Assembly: GCA_963832375.1 (NCBI GenBank)
Contig: CAWHUA010000003.1
Span: forward strand, 206,827-270,826
Direction: 5' to 3'
Length of the DNA stretch: 64,000 nucleotides
Origin: Vicinamibacterales bacterium
GTDB lineage: Bacteria > Acidobacteriota > Vicinamibacteria > Vicinamibacterales > JAMQPK01
Made by a program: the position numbers and the translations under genes. The notes beneath the pieces are model-generated. The model saw only the letters and a program-made list of their open reading frames with translations, searched no databases and had not been told where the DNA came from. This document shows positions 38,474-48,396 of the stretch, piece after piece. The first letter of the stretch is position 1, and every line of letters begins with the position of its first letter.

Positions 38474-40711
38474 ATGGCGACCGTGCAATGGCGGAGCGAC
38501 ATGCGAACCGTGCGTCCGATGCTCGCCACCCTCGAGGACGCTCCGCTCGCGGTTGACGGTCTCGTCTACGAACCCAAATACGACGGCATCCGCGCGCTCG
38601 TCGAGATCCTGCCGGGCCGGCAGCCATCGGTGCGCCTCTGGTCGCGCCTGGGCAACGAAAAGACCGCGCAGTTTCCCGATCTGGTCGCCGCGCTTGTGCG
38701 ATTCGCAAAGACGTTGAAGAAGCCGCTCGTCCTCGATGGCGAGATCGTGGCGCTCGACGAGCACGGCGATCCGGCTGGATTTCAACGCCTGCAGAACCGC
38801 ATACACCTGACCGAATCGCACAGCCGCTCGGCTGCCGGGCGTGTCGCGTTCATTGCGTTCGACATCCTCCGCGATGGCGACGAGGACGTGCGGCCGCTTC
38901 CCTTCACGGCGCGCCGGTCCCGGCTGGAGCGCGTGTTCCCGCCTTCGCCAAGGCTACGGCGGGGCTCGCCGATCCTGCGGCGAAGCGACGTCGTCCACGA
39001 CGATGCCCGCGCCCTCTATCGGCAGGCCCTCGAACGAGGATGGGAAGGCCTGATCGCGAAAGACAGCCAGTCGGTGTATCACACCGGCAAGCGGACGAGG
39101 GACTGGCGGAAGCTGAAGCTCGTCAAGGAGCAGGAGTTCGTCGTCGGCGGATGGACCGAGGCACGCACGACGGGCCGCCCCTTTGGCGCGCTGCTCGTCG
39201 GTTACTACGACGAGGGCGCGTTGCAGTATGCCGGGCACACGGGCAGCGGATTCAACCAGCGCGAGCTCGAGCGGGTGATCCGTCTGCTGAAACCGCTGGA
39301 AACGTCCGCCCCGCCTTTTTCCACACGGCCTCGCACCAACGAGCGAGCGCACTGGACGAAGCCGTCGCTCGTCGCGCAATTGAAATTCACCAAATGGACC
39401 GATGACGGGATGCTCCGTCATCCGATTTATCTGGGGATGCGAGACGATGTGAAGGCCGAAACGGTCCGGCGAGAGAGTCCGGGGAGTCAGGAGAGTCTTG
39501 GGAGTCCGACGAGTCTGAAGAGTCGCAAGAGTCCGGAGAGTCTGAAGAGTCGTGAGAGTCCGGAGGGTCTGAAGAGTCGCAAGAGTCCGATGAGTCTGAA
39601 GAGTCCCAGAAGCGGTTTCAAAACCTCGAGTAAGCGGGTAGCGCCGGGCGGGGCCGCCCCGGCGTCCGGTGCGCGTGCACCGGTAGGGCGGAACTTCCCG
39701 CCTTCGCCAAGGCTACGGCGGGTCTCGCCAGAGCTCGCGGGAATATCGCGAGCGACGGCGGACAGTTCCGCCAAAGTCCAAGCCGTGATCGATCAACTCG
39801 ACGAGATCGAGCGCGGAAAGAGTTCGGGGACGCTGCAGTTGCCCGATGGCCAGGCGCTGGCCGTGACGAATCTTCGCAAGATCTTCTGGCCGAAATCGAA
39901 GCTCACCAAGGGCGACCTGATGCGGTACTACGTGCGGGTTGCGCCGTTCATCCTGCCGGTGGTGAACGACCGCCCGCTCATCATGAAGCGCCTGCCGAAC
40001 GGCATCGAAGCTCCGTCGTTCTACCAGCACCGCGCGCCCGATCACGTGCCGGCGGGCGTGCGGCTGGTGTCGATTGAAGGCGACGACGTGCCCAGCCGGA
40101 TCGTGGGCGGCACGCTCCTCACGCTGCTGTACATGACGCAGCTTGCCGCGATTTCGCAGGACCCGTGGTTCTCGCGCGTGCAGTCGCTGCCTATGGCGAG
40201 CCATTGCGCGATCGATCTCGACCCGATGCCCGGCGTGACGTTCGAGTCGGTCCTCGACGTGGCTCGCTGGGTTCGCGACGAGCTCGTCACGCTCAACGTG
40301 ACGGGATACCCGAAGACCTCCGGCGCGAGCGGCGTGCACATCTACATCCCGCTGCGCGACGGCACGCCGTACGAGGCTGGCCAGATCTTCTGCCAGATAG
40401 TGGCCACTTACGTGGCCGACAAGCATCCAAAGGTGGCGACCGTCATACGCGCGGTCCGCGCCCGCGGCCGCAAGGTCTATGTGGACTACCTGCAGAACAT
40501 CGAAGGCAAGTCGCTCGCCTGCGCGTACAGCGCACGCGCCAGCGACTTTGCCGGCGCGTCCACCCCGTTGACCTGGGACGAGATCGACGAGGGCGTCGAT
40601 CCCCGCGACTTCACCATCCGGACGCTGCCCGATCGGCTGGCCCGTGTTGGAGATCTGTGGGCGCCGCTCCTCCGATCTAAAGGGGTCGACTTACGCCGCA
40701 TCGTGAAATAG
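38474..40711 (+). CDS. ligD: ATP-dependent DNA ligase LigD (ligase domain + primase-polymerase domain, no phosphoesterase domain seen)
   Basis: Adenylation motif I YEPKYDGIR, plus EGLIAKD. C-terminal LigD-Pol motifs FWPKSKLTKGDLMRYY, AIDLDP and SGASGVHIYIPL. A low-complexity linker separates the domains. Confidence 0.9.
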   Translation: MATVQWRSDMRTVRPMLATLEDAPLAVDGLVYEPKYDGIRALVEILPGRQPSVRLWSRLGNEKTAQFPDLVAALVRFAKTLKKPLVLDGEIVALDEHGDPAGFQRLQNRIHLTESHSRSAAGRVAFIAFDILRDGDEDVRPLPFTARRSRLERVFPPSPRLRRGSPILRRSDVVHDDARALYRQALERGWEGLIAKDSQSVYHTGKRTRDWRKLKLVKEQEFVVGGWTEARTTGRPFGALLVGYYDEGALQYAGHTGSGFNQRELERVIRLLKPLETSAPPFSTRPRTNERAHWTKPSLVAQLKFTKWTDDGMLRHPIYLGMRDDVKAETVRRESPGSQESLGSPTSLKSRKSPESLKSRESPEGLKSRKSPMSLKSPRSGFKTSSKRVAPGGAAPASGARAPVGRNFPPSPRLRRVSPELAGISRATADSSAKVQAVIDQLDEIERGKSSGTLQLPDGQALAVTNLRKIFWPKSKLTKGDLMRYYVRVAPFILPVVNDRPLIMKRLPNGIEAPSFYQHRAPDHVPAGVRLVSIEGDDVPSRIVGGTLLTLLYMTQLAAISQDPWFSRVQSLPMASHCAIDLDPMPGVTFESVLDVARWVRDELVTLNVTGYPKTSGASGVHIYIPLRDGTPYEAGQIFCQIVATYVADKHPKVATVIRAVRARGRKVYVDYLQNIEGKSLACAYSARASDFAGASTPLTWDEIDEGVDPRDFTIRTLPDRLARVGDLWAPLLRSKGVDLRRIVK
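39484..39612 (+). repeat. in-frame 27-nt tandem repeat in the LigD linker
   Basis: GAGTCTGAAGAGTCGCAAGAGTCCGGA-type units encode ESLKSRKSP / ESLKSRESP / EGLKSRKSP / MSLKSPRSG. Confidence 0.85.
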
Positions 40712-40811
40712 CATTCATCCGCAGCAATCGCGACAACTTGCGACAAACGCGCTTTGCGCGGTGCCCTATAGTGGCGCCCTCCCCTTCCTTTTCAACTGGA
40801 GGTCACTTGTG

Positions 40812-41753
40812 ATGAAGACCCTTGTCGTTCTGTCGGCCCTCGTCTTCTTCGTCGCGATGGCCACGGCCCAGGGGCCGCAGCCACCGCCGGTCACTCCGAT
40901 GAAGTTCGCGTACTACCCCGGCACCGATCTCAAGGCGATGTCGAACACGCTGAAAGGTGGCGGCCAGATCAAATACAACCGGATCAATCGTGGCGATCAC
41001 GAGTTCCAGAGCTTCAACTTCAGGCCGAAGAGCACTGCGGCGCCGGAGCTGCACAACAACTTCGCCGACCTCTACTACATCGTCGATGGCGAGGTCATCC
41101 ATCACACCGGCGGCAAGCTCGAAGGCGGCACCGAGCGCAATCCCGGATCGGGTGAGTTCGGCGGCGGCAAGCTCGTGGGCGCAACCACGGTACGGCTCGG
41201 AGCCGGCGATATCGCTTCGTCGGCGGCGGGCGTGCCCCACTGGTGGGAAGTGGAGCCGGGCAAGACCGTGACCTACACGACCGTGAAGGTCCTGAAGCAG
41301 CCGAACCTGTCGAGCGCCTCGATGGCGGGCAACACGCCGATTACGCCGACGAAATTCGTCCACTACAAAGCGTCCGAGCTCCAGGGCTATGTCGCCACCT
41401 TGAAGAAGGGCGAGACGATCAAGTTCCCGGGCGTGCATCGCGGCGATCACCAGTTCCAGAACATCAGCCACCGCGCGAAGAGCTCCGGCGGCGCCGAGCT
41501 GCACAACAACTGGGCCGACCTGTACTTCGTCCTCGACGGCGAGGTCACCATCCGGTACGGCGACAAACTCGAAGGTGGAAAAGAGGGTGCTGACGGCGAG
41601 GTGCGCGGCGGCGAGATCGTGGGCAATGTCACGCGGCAGAAGCTGGTTGCAGGCGACGTCGCCTCAGCCCCCGCCGGCGTGCCGCATTTCTGGGAAGTGG
41701 AAAACGGAAAGTCGGTGACCTACCTGACGGTCAAGCTCGCGAAGAAGCACTGA
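40812..41753 (+). CDS. secreted tandem-cupin (internally duplicated) protein
   Basis: Signal peptide MKTLVVLSALVFFVAMATAQG. Two ~150-aa repeats (TPMKFAYYPG...ELHNNFADLYYIVDGEV...GDIASSAAGVPHWWEV versus TPTKFVHYKA...ELHNNWADLYFVLDGEV...GDVASAPAGVPHFWEV). Confidence 0.7.
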   Translation: MKTLVVLSALVFFVAMATAQGPQPPPVTPMKFAYYPGTDLKAMSNTLKGGGQIKYNRINRGDHEFQSFNFRPKSTAAPELHNNFADLYYIVDGEVIHHTGGKLEGGTERNPGSGEFGGGKLVGATTVRLGAGDIASSAAGVPHWWEVEPGKTVTYTTVKVLKQPNLSSASMAGNTPITPTKFVHYKASELQGYVATLKKGETIKFPGVHRGDHQFQNISHRAKSSGGAELHNNWADLYFVLDGEVTIRYGDKLEGGKEGADGEVRGGEIVGNVTRQKLVAGDVASAPAGVPHFWEVENGKSVTYLTVKLAKKH

Positions 41754-41786
41754 CCGACTTCGCCGGCATTCGCAGATGGGAAGACT

Positions 41787-41830
41787 GGAAGGTTGGCAGA
41801 TTCAGAACATCCTGAATCTGCCAACCTTCC
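41787..41830. terminator. perfect 19-bp stem / 6-nt loop hairpin between convergent genes
   Basis: GGAAGGTTGGCAGATTCAG, loop aacatc, CTGAATCTGCCAACCTTCC, followed by AATTCTGATTTCT. Confidence 0.75.
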
Positions 41831-41841
41831 AATTCTGATTT

Positions 41842-44743
41842 CTAGAAGTCGACGCTGACGCCGAACTTGATCAACGCGCCGCGTTGAATGTTGCCAACCG
41901 CCCCGTAGCTCGTCCCCAGGGTCGTCACGCGGTTGATCACCGTCGCCGAATTGAGCAGGTTGTAGATGTCGAGCCGTGGCTGAATCACCCTGGTGCCCGT
42001 ACGAAACGCCTTTCTGAAGCTCATGTCCAGCTGATTGAGGTCGGGCAACCGCGTGGTGCCGCGCGGCTCGACGATGACGCTTGTGGTGCCCTGGGTCAGG
42101 GCCACCGTGTCGTTCCCGACCGAGACCGTCGTGAGCTCGGGGAAGCCCTTCTGATACTGGAAGGTTCCGCTCGCCTGAATGTCCCACGGCAGATCGTAGA
42201 GACCCGACAGGCGGAATGAGAACGGCGTGTCGTTGCCGACGAGCCCCCGGGCGAACTCTTTCGAGTTCGGGTTGTTGAGATCGTTGTTGCCCACCCAGCC
42301 GTTGGTCTCGCCGATGCTGATGCCGCCGGTCATCATCCAGCCGTTGCTGAACCGCTTGTCGAGGGTGAAGTCCATGCCGTTGTACGTGCTGTCGAAATCG
42401 GACTCGTTCGTCCACACGAAATCCTGCCTGCCGCGCAGCGCCGGATCCTGGTTGTAGACGGTCACCGTCTGCTGGCTGTTCCTTTCGGTGACGACCATCT
42501 TCTGATAGGTGGATTCGGGAACGGCCACGTTGCGCGATCCGAAGTTGTTGACCTTCTGACGCCGCGTGTAGCCCGCGCTGATTACCACATTCGCCGGCAG
42601 CTGGCGCTGAATCTCGGCCGAGTATTCCTGCGCCGCCGGCCAGTCGTAGCCGGGCGCGTAGCGGTTGAACGCCCCCGAACTGAAACCCGTCGACGGTCCG
42701 AGCTCGTTGGCCTGCGGCAGCAGGTCGCCATTGAGGTCGCACCCGACGTTAGCGGGGACCAAAGTCGCACACGCGCTTTGCGCCCGCCACTGACGCGTGT
42801 CGGTGGCGAGGAAGATCGGGTTGATGCGATCGAGCACGCTGCTGCCAACCGGAATGATGTAGCGGTTCGCGGCGAACTTCAGCGCCGTGCGGCCATCGCC
42901 GGCGAGGTCGTAGACCATCGAGAAGCGCGGGCTGACGCTCTTCCAGTCGGGCACGCCCGACATCTTGTCGTAGCACCGTGCGTCGATGAACGGCGTGGCA
43001 TCCTGGCACATGGCGCGCTGCCATCCGTAATTCGTGTCGAGGCGGACGCCGCCATTGATCGTCAGCTTTCGACCGGGACGCCACTTGTCCTGGATGTACA
43101 AGCCCTGTTGAATGTTCTCGGGAATCGAACGCGCCGGTGTGTTGTAGACGTTCGCCGAGTCAGGGACGCCGGAGCGATATACCGCTCGCATGCCGGACGA
43201 GGAGAAGTAGAGCACCTCGTTCCACGCATAGTCGAACTGGTACCCCGCCTTGATGTCGTGCTGCGTCGTGAAGTAGCTGACGCTGCCCTGCATGAAGACA
43301 CGCGTGTTCGGAAGATCGCGGTAGGTCGGCAGGACTCGCAGCGCGGTATTGCTGACGGCATCGAAACCTGCGATCAGGCCGTCAAAGCAGCCCTCCCTGT
43401 CAACGGACGCCTTGCAGTTGGCCGAGTCCCCCTCTATCGGCCACGGCTGGTAGTCGTCCACGCGATTGACGCTGCCCGAGACGTCGTACACCATGCGGGC
43501 CGAACGCGTCGACGTCCACTTCACCTGGTGCAGCTGCGGATACTTCGTGTTCGCGGTCGTCGCACCGGTCTCCGAGAAGGCGGCGCCGCTGACGCGGTGG
43601 CCGTTCTTCTTGAACTGGAGAATGTAGAAGTGCGACAGCTGGCTGTTGGAATTGACCTGCCACGACAGCTTGTTCGAGAAGTTCCACAGCATGTTGTCGT
43701 CGGGCACCGAGCTGCCGTCAGGGTTGTAGCTCCCGACCAGATACTGAAGGATCTGCGAGTGGTGGAACGACGTCGACCACCAGAGCTTGTCGCGCTTGAT
43801 AGGCCCCGCCAGCCACGCGCCGTAGTCAATCAGGTAGCGGATGTCGGCCGTCGGCTTCAAGTCGGGTCTCGCCGCCTTGACCGACGCGGGGACGTTGCGC
43901 AGCAACTGCGCCGCGAGCGCATCGTCGACGTTGTTGAATCCGAGCCCGGCGTTCGTGCCGTTGAACACCACGCCGCCGTGGAACTGGTTGGTGCCGGTGC
44001 GGCTGATCATGTTGAACACGAGACCGACCGGTCGATGCCTCGGCCGGCGAGTTGCCCGCCCGGAAGTTCGCTTCTTCGAAGGCGTACGGATCGAGGTAGA
44101 ACGTGGCGATGCTGCCGCTGCTCTGCGTGCTCGACACGTTCATGCCGTCGATGTAATAGCCGTTCTCGTTGCTCGTCCCGTGAACGGTGATGCCCGACTG
44201 CTGGAACGATTCCGATCCGCCCACGTCCACCTTGCTGGCCACGACGCTGGGGATGACGCGCGTGATCGACCACACATCAATGCGGTTCGGCAGCGCCTGC
44301 AGCGTCTCCTGGCTCAGCACGGTCTGCTTGAGCGCCGATGTCGTATCGAGCAGCGGCGACTCGCCCGACACGACCACCCCCTCTTCCAACTGTCCAATCG
44401 GCAGGCTCAAATCGGCACGGGCGGTGGCGTCGGCATTCACCACGAGGTTGCGCTGCTCGACGGTGCGGAACCCCTGCATCTGGGCCCGCACGTGATAGGT
44501 GCCCGGGACCAGGCGGATGAACTGATAGTTACCCCGTCCATCGCTCGTGGTCTCCTGGCTGCCACCCAGGGTGCCTCCCTGAGCGCTTGAAAGCGTGAGC
44601 GTCACGCCGGGTAGTACAGCCCCCGACGAGTCTGTAACGGTCCCGCCGATCGCGCCCACGCCCTGCGCCCAGGCAGGACCGGCCAGGATCAGGATTACCG
44701 CAGCGACAACTAGCCCGCTCGTCAGGATGCGTCTGTGTGACAT
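41842..44743 (-). CDS. TonB-dependent receptor-like protein with carboxypeptidase-regulatory-like N-domain; frame broken by a 1-nt indel near 44024-44033
   Basis: MSHRRILTSGLVVAAVILILAGPAWAQG signal (GGAAGGAGAG upstream); GTVTDSSGAVLPGVTLTL...GTYHVRA. The two ORFs join as ...NSPAEASTGGLVFNMISRTGTNQFHGG... Ends ...KFGVSVDF. Confidence 0.8.
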
Positions 44744-44891
44744 CGGACTCTCCTTCCGAAGATTCGTGCCCACGTTTGAAATTGGAGTCACGCCGACTAT
44801 AGGTCACTGCCTCGATACGATTTGTCGCAATTTGTCTCAATCGAGGTTGACAGGGTGCTGTCAAAGGTGGCAAGTAGAACGCACATTTCTC

Positions 44892-45809
44892 ATGTTCCGA
44901 GGACACTTTTCGGTCGTCTTTGTGCTTTGTGTGACCGCGATTTCGTGCGCAGGCTCGGCGGAAACAGAACGACCGCCACGGACGGTCCTCCGGATCTCCG
45001 CGACAACCGCGAGAGACCTCCAAAGCGCCTTTCCGAAGCTGCGCGATATCGATTTCAAGGTCGTGACTGAAGGGGGGTCGTCCATCATCGGTCTTCAGAA
45101 CCTCCAACAGGGTCGAATCGATGTCGCGATAGCCATGGCCGACGTCGCGTACCTCGCCTACGCCGGCCAGCTTGACGGCGCTCAGGCGCCGTTCGATCGC
45201 CTGCGCGGCCTGGCGGTGGTCACGCTCAACACGCTGCATCTGGTCGCCGGCAGGGATGCGCCGGTGAAGTCCATTCGCGATCTAAAAGGACGGCGCGTCG
45301 CGCTCGGTCCGGAAGGCAGCGCCACGGCGCTCATCGCGGAGCGGGCACTCGAAGCACACGGCGTTGCCGTCAGCGACGTGAAAAGCTACCGGCTGCCTTA
45401 CATCGAGACGGCGGAGAAACTCGCCAGCGGAAACCTTGATGCGGCGTTCATGACGCAGATACCCCCAAGCGCACCCGTCGTGACGGCGGCCAGAGGCGGC
45501 GCCAGGCTGCTCGACATCGAAGGCCCGCTCGTCGAACAGATGCGGACGCGCTACCCGTACCTCAAGAGAACGACGATTGCGCCCGCGACGTATCCGAATC
45601 AACCGGAGCTGGTCCACACCATCGGCGTCGATCTGCTCCTCGCCTGCCGGGCGGACATCAGCGAAGACGTGGTATATCGACTACTGGACGCGTTTTTCGA
45701 GGTGCGGCCCGGCAGCCTGCCCGCCGACCTCGAACGCGCGCCGGCGACGCCGATTCCGCTGCACGCGGGAGCGGCACGGTATTACCGTCAGCGGGAGCTG
45801 TCGAGATGA
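44892..45809 (+). CDS. TAXI-family (TRAP-associated, immunogenic-protein-like) periplasmic solute-binding protein, paralog 1
   Basis: Lipoprotein-like signal MFRGHFSVVFVLCVTAISCAG. Family-like pattern GRIDVAIAMADVAYLAYAGQLDG...LRGLAVV.LNTLHLV...IRDLKGRRVALGPEGSA...ATYPNQ...PLHAGAARYYRQRE. Confidence 0.75.
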   Translation: MFRGHFSVVFVLCVTAISCAGSAETERPPRTVLRISATTARDLQSAFPKLRDIDFKVVTEGGSSIIGLQNLQQGRIDVAIAMADVAYLAYAGQLDGAQAPFDRLRGLAVVTLNTLHLVAGRDAPVKSIRDLKGRRVALGPEGSATALIAERALEAHGVAVSDVKSYRLPYIETAEKLASGNLDAAFMTQIPPSAPVVTAARGGARLLDIEGPLVEQMRTRYPYLKRTTIAPATYPNQPELVHTIGVDLLLACRADISEDVVYRLLDAFFEVRPGSLPADLERAPATPIPLHAGAARYYRQRELSR

Positions 45810-46711
45810 AGGTGTGGTGGGTTGCGGCTGTTTGTCTGCTGGCGTGTTCCTGCACGAGCAGGGCCGAAGCGCCCGAACGCTCGTACACGATCCGGCTGGC
45901 ACGGAATACGTCGAATCAGCTCGCCAACGCCCTCAAGCGCCTCCCCAATGTCAAACCACAGATCGTCAGCGAAGGTGGCTCATCGATCACGAGCCTCATC
46001 GAGCTGCAGAACGGTAAGACCGACATCAGTATTCCAGTCGGCGATGTCGCGTATCTCGCGTACGCGGGCCAGCTCGACGAAATGCCCAAGCCGTTCGAGC
46101 AGTTGCGCGGACTCGCGGTGACCGAACTGAACACCATTCACCTGCTCGTGGGGCCGCGGGTGCGCGCGAACAGTCTGCAGGAGCTGGCCGGCCTTCACGT
46201 GTCCCTCGGCGCACCCGGCAGTTCCGTGGCGCTCGTGACCGACCGCATGCTTCTCGCGCACGGCATCGAGTCGAGCGAGGTGCGAGCCGAGAAGGTCCCG
46301 AACGCCGAGATGCTGAAACGGTTGATGGGCGGCGACATCGACGCGGCCTTCGCGATGTATATGCCGGGCAGCCAGACAGTGACGGCCGCGCTGAAGGGAG
46401 GCGCACGGCTCATCCCGATCGACGGTCCGATCGTCGAGGCGATGCGGACCCAGTATCCGCACTTGAAGCGCACGCTGATTCCGGCAGGTGCCTACCCGAA
46501 CCAGCCGTCGGCGGTTCGAACGATTGGTATAGACGAAGCGCTCGTCTGCAGAGCCGACCTCGATGAAGACCTCGTGTACGCGCTGCTCGACGCGTACTTC
46601 GCGGCACGCCCGGCCGGCACGCCACCCAATCTGGAACGCGCGCCCGCCACGCCGGTGCCACTGCACCCGGGCGCGGCGCGGTACTACAGGCAACGAGAGC
46701 TTCGTCGTTAG
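45806..46711 (+). CDS. TAXI-family periplasmic solute-binding protein, paralog 2
   Basis: ATGA overlap with paralog 1. Same motif set (GDVAYLAYAGQLDE, LRGLAVTELNTIHLLVG, GAYPNQ, PLHPGAARYYRQRE). Confidence 0.75.
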   Translation: MKVWWVAAVCLLACSCTSRAEAPERSYTIRLARNTSNQLANALKRLPNVKPQIVSEGGSSITSLIELQNGKTDISIPVGDVAYLAYAGQLDEMPKPFEQLRGLAVTELNTIHLLVGPRVRANSLQELAGLHVSLGAPGSSVALVTDRMLLAHGIESSEVRAEKVPNAEMLKRLMGGDIDAAFAMYMPGSQTVTAALKGGARLIPIDGPIVEAMRTQYPHLKRTLIPAGAYPNQPSAVRTIGIDEALVCRADLDEDLVYALLDAYFAARPAGTPPNLERAPATPVPLHPGAARYYRQRELRR

Positions 46712-46727
46712 ACGCAACGGTAAATGC

Positions 46728-48395
46728 ATGAAGGTTGAAAGCGTCATCGCGTGGGGCGGATGGCTGACGGCACTGCTTGCGGTCGCGGTCTGTCTTGGCA
46801 TCGCCACGCTGCTGGGCTTCGGGTATCGAGCGACGCGCGAATGGCAGCGAAGCTCGGAGCTGCTCGCCGCCCGCGATACGGAGGAAAGCGCCGATCTGCT
46901 CGTCACCGCCGTCACGCGCGATATGCGCGGCGCCCACTCGCGCGTGCTCGCCAACCGCGACTGGGGCGAGCTGTCGCTCGAGTCGCTGTCGGACACGAGC
47001 GATCAGGTCGCGACGGCGTTCGCGCGCTACCCGTATCCGGAGTCGTTCTTCAGCTGGGGACGCGACGACCCGCACGGGGTGGTGTTTTTCAATCGGTCGA
47101 ATCGCTTCCCCGCATGGATGCCGCAGCCGAAGGAAGCGCATCTGTATCCTGTGACGGTCGTCACCAATCCGCCCGGCACCGACGCACTGAAGAAGGAAGT
47201 CGAAGCGTTCAGCCGGTCGCGCGTGCGGTACGCCATGTTCGATTCGACCCTTGGCGGCGAGCCGTACCAGATCGTGGCGCGGCTCGTGTACGGGGACTCG
47301 ATGCAGGAGCAGTTGCAGTCGGTGATTGGCTTCACGGTGAACCTGGGCTGGGTCAGGAATTCGTACTTTTCGGATATCCTCTCCCAGGTCGCGCCGATTG
47401 CGACGCGCGGCAACAATCTCGACATTGCGGTCTTCGACGACAAGGGGCGTCGTGTCTGGGGCAACGAAGGCGCGCGCAACGTGCTCGTCCGCGAGTTCCC
47501 GCTCCTCTTTCTGGATCCGTCCGTCAGCATGGTCGCGCTCGGCTCGAATCCTGCCGTCAGGACGTGGACGATTCGCACGAGCCAGTCGGCCGATTCCGCG
47601 CTGGTCGGCGCGGCGCAGGGGGCCGACGAGGCGCTGCTCGCCGCGGCTGCGGCCGCGCTGACGCTGGCGCTGGGCCTGATCCTCGCCATCCGCGCGGTCC
47701 GCGCGGGCGTGGCGCTCACCGCCATGCGATCGGATTTCGTCTCGTCGGTGACGCACGAGCTGAAGACACCGCTCGCCAACATCAGGGCCATGGCCGACAC
47801 GCTCGCTCGCCGTCCCATCGGCGGCGAAACCATCCGCGACTACGCGGGGCTTCTGATGCAGGAGGCGCGGCGGCTGACGCGGCTGGTCGACAACCTGCTC
47901 GCCTACTCGCGCGTGACCGACGTCACCGAGGTGTACTCGTTCGAGCCGGTCGCACCATCCGAAATCATGGACGATGTGCTCGAGAACTTCAGGCATCCGC
48001 TGACCGAGCGCGAATTCAAGGTGGACGTCGACATTCCGGTGGACACGCCGCTCGTCAGGGCCGACAGGACGGCCATGATGCTGGCGCTCGACAACCTGAT
48101 GGACAACGCGATTCGGTACTCGACCGACCAGCGCGCGGTCCGGGTGAACGTGCGGCGGGACGGCCAGAACGTGATCATCGACATACAGGACCGCGGTGTG
48201 GGCATCGCGCCCGACGAGCTGTCGACGGTCCGCCGCAAATTCGCGCGCGGCCGCCTGGCACGCGCCGACGGCAGCGGCCTGGGGCTGGCCATCGTCAGCC
48301 GGATCGTCACGGATCACAAGGGAACGCTGGTGCTCGAAAGCGAGCTGGGTGTGGGCACGACGGCGAAGGTATTCTTACCGATAGCGGGAGACTGA
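46728..48395 (+). CDS. sensor histidine kinase with large periplasmic domain
   Basis: TM helix (WGGWLTALLAVAVCLGIATLLGF), ~290-aa periplasmic region, second TM helix, H-box FVSSVTHELKTPLANI, N/G boxes DNAIRYS and GSGLGLAIV. No HAMP linker is evident. Confidence 0.9.
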   Translation: MKVESVIAWGGWLTALLAVAVCLGIATLLGFGYRATREWQRSSELLAARDTEESADLLVTAVTRDMRGAHSRVLANRDWGELSLESLSDTSDQVATAFARYPYPESFFSWGRDDPHGVVFFNRSNRFPAWMPQPKEAHLYPVTVVTNPPGTDALKKEVEAFSRSRVRYAMFDSTLGGEPYQIVARLVYGDSMQEQLQSVIGFTVNLGWVRNSYFSDILSQVAPIATRGNNLDIAVFDDKGRRVWGNEGARNVLVREFPLLFLDPSVSMVALGSNPAVRTWTIRTSQSADSALVGAAQGADEALLAAAAAALTLALGLILAIRAVRAGVALTAMRSDFVSSVTHELKTPLANIRAMADTLARRPIGGETIRDYAGLLMQEARRLTRLVDNLLAYSRVTDVTEVYSFEPVAPSEIMDDVLENFRHPLTEREFKVDVDIPVDTPLVRADRTAMMLALDNLMDNAIRYSTDQRAVRVNVRRDGQNVIIDIQDRGVGIAPDELSTVRRKFARGRLARADGSGLGLAIVSRIVTDHKGTLVLESELGVGTTAKVFLPIAGD

Positions 48396-48396
48396 C

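Noticed and set aside
44595-44891. Upstream extensions of the TAXI (44595) and kinase (46563) ORFs
   Set aside because: The extensions overlap neighbouring genes or spacers. Signal-peptide or TM-bearing Met starts (44892, 46728) fit better.
46410-48317. 635-aa minus-strand ORF antisense to the histidine kinase
   Set aside because: Antisense shadow ORF. The kinase H, N and G boxes are on the plus strand.
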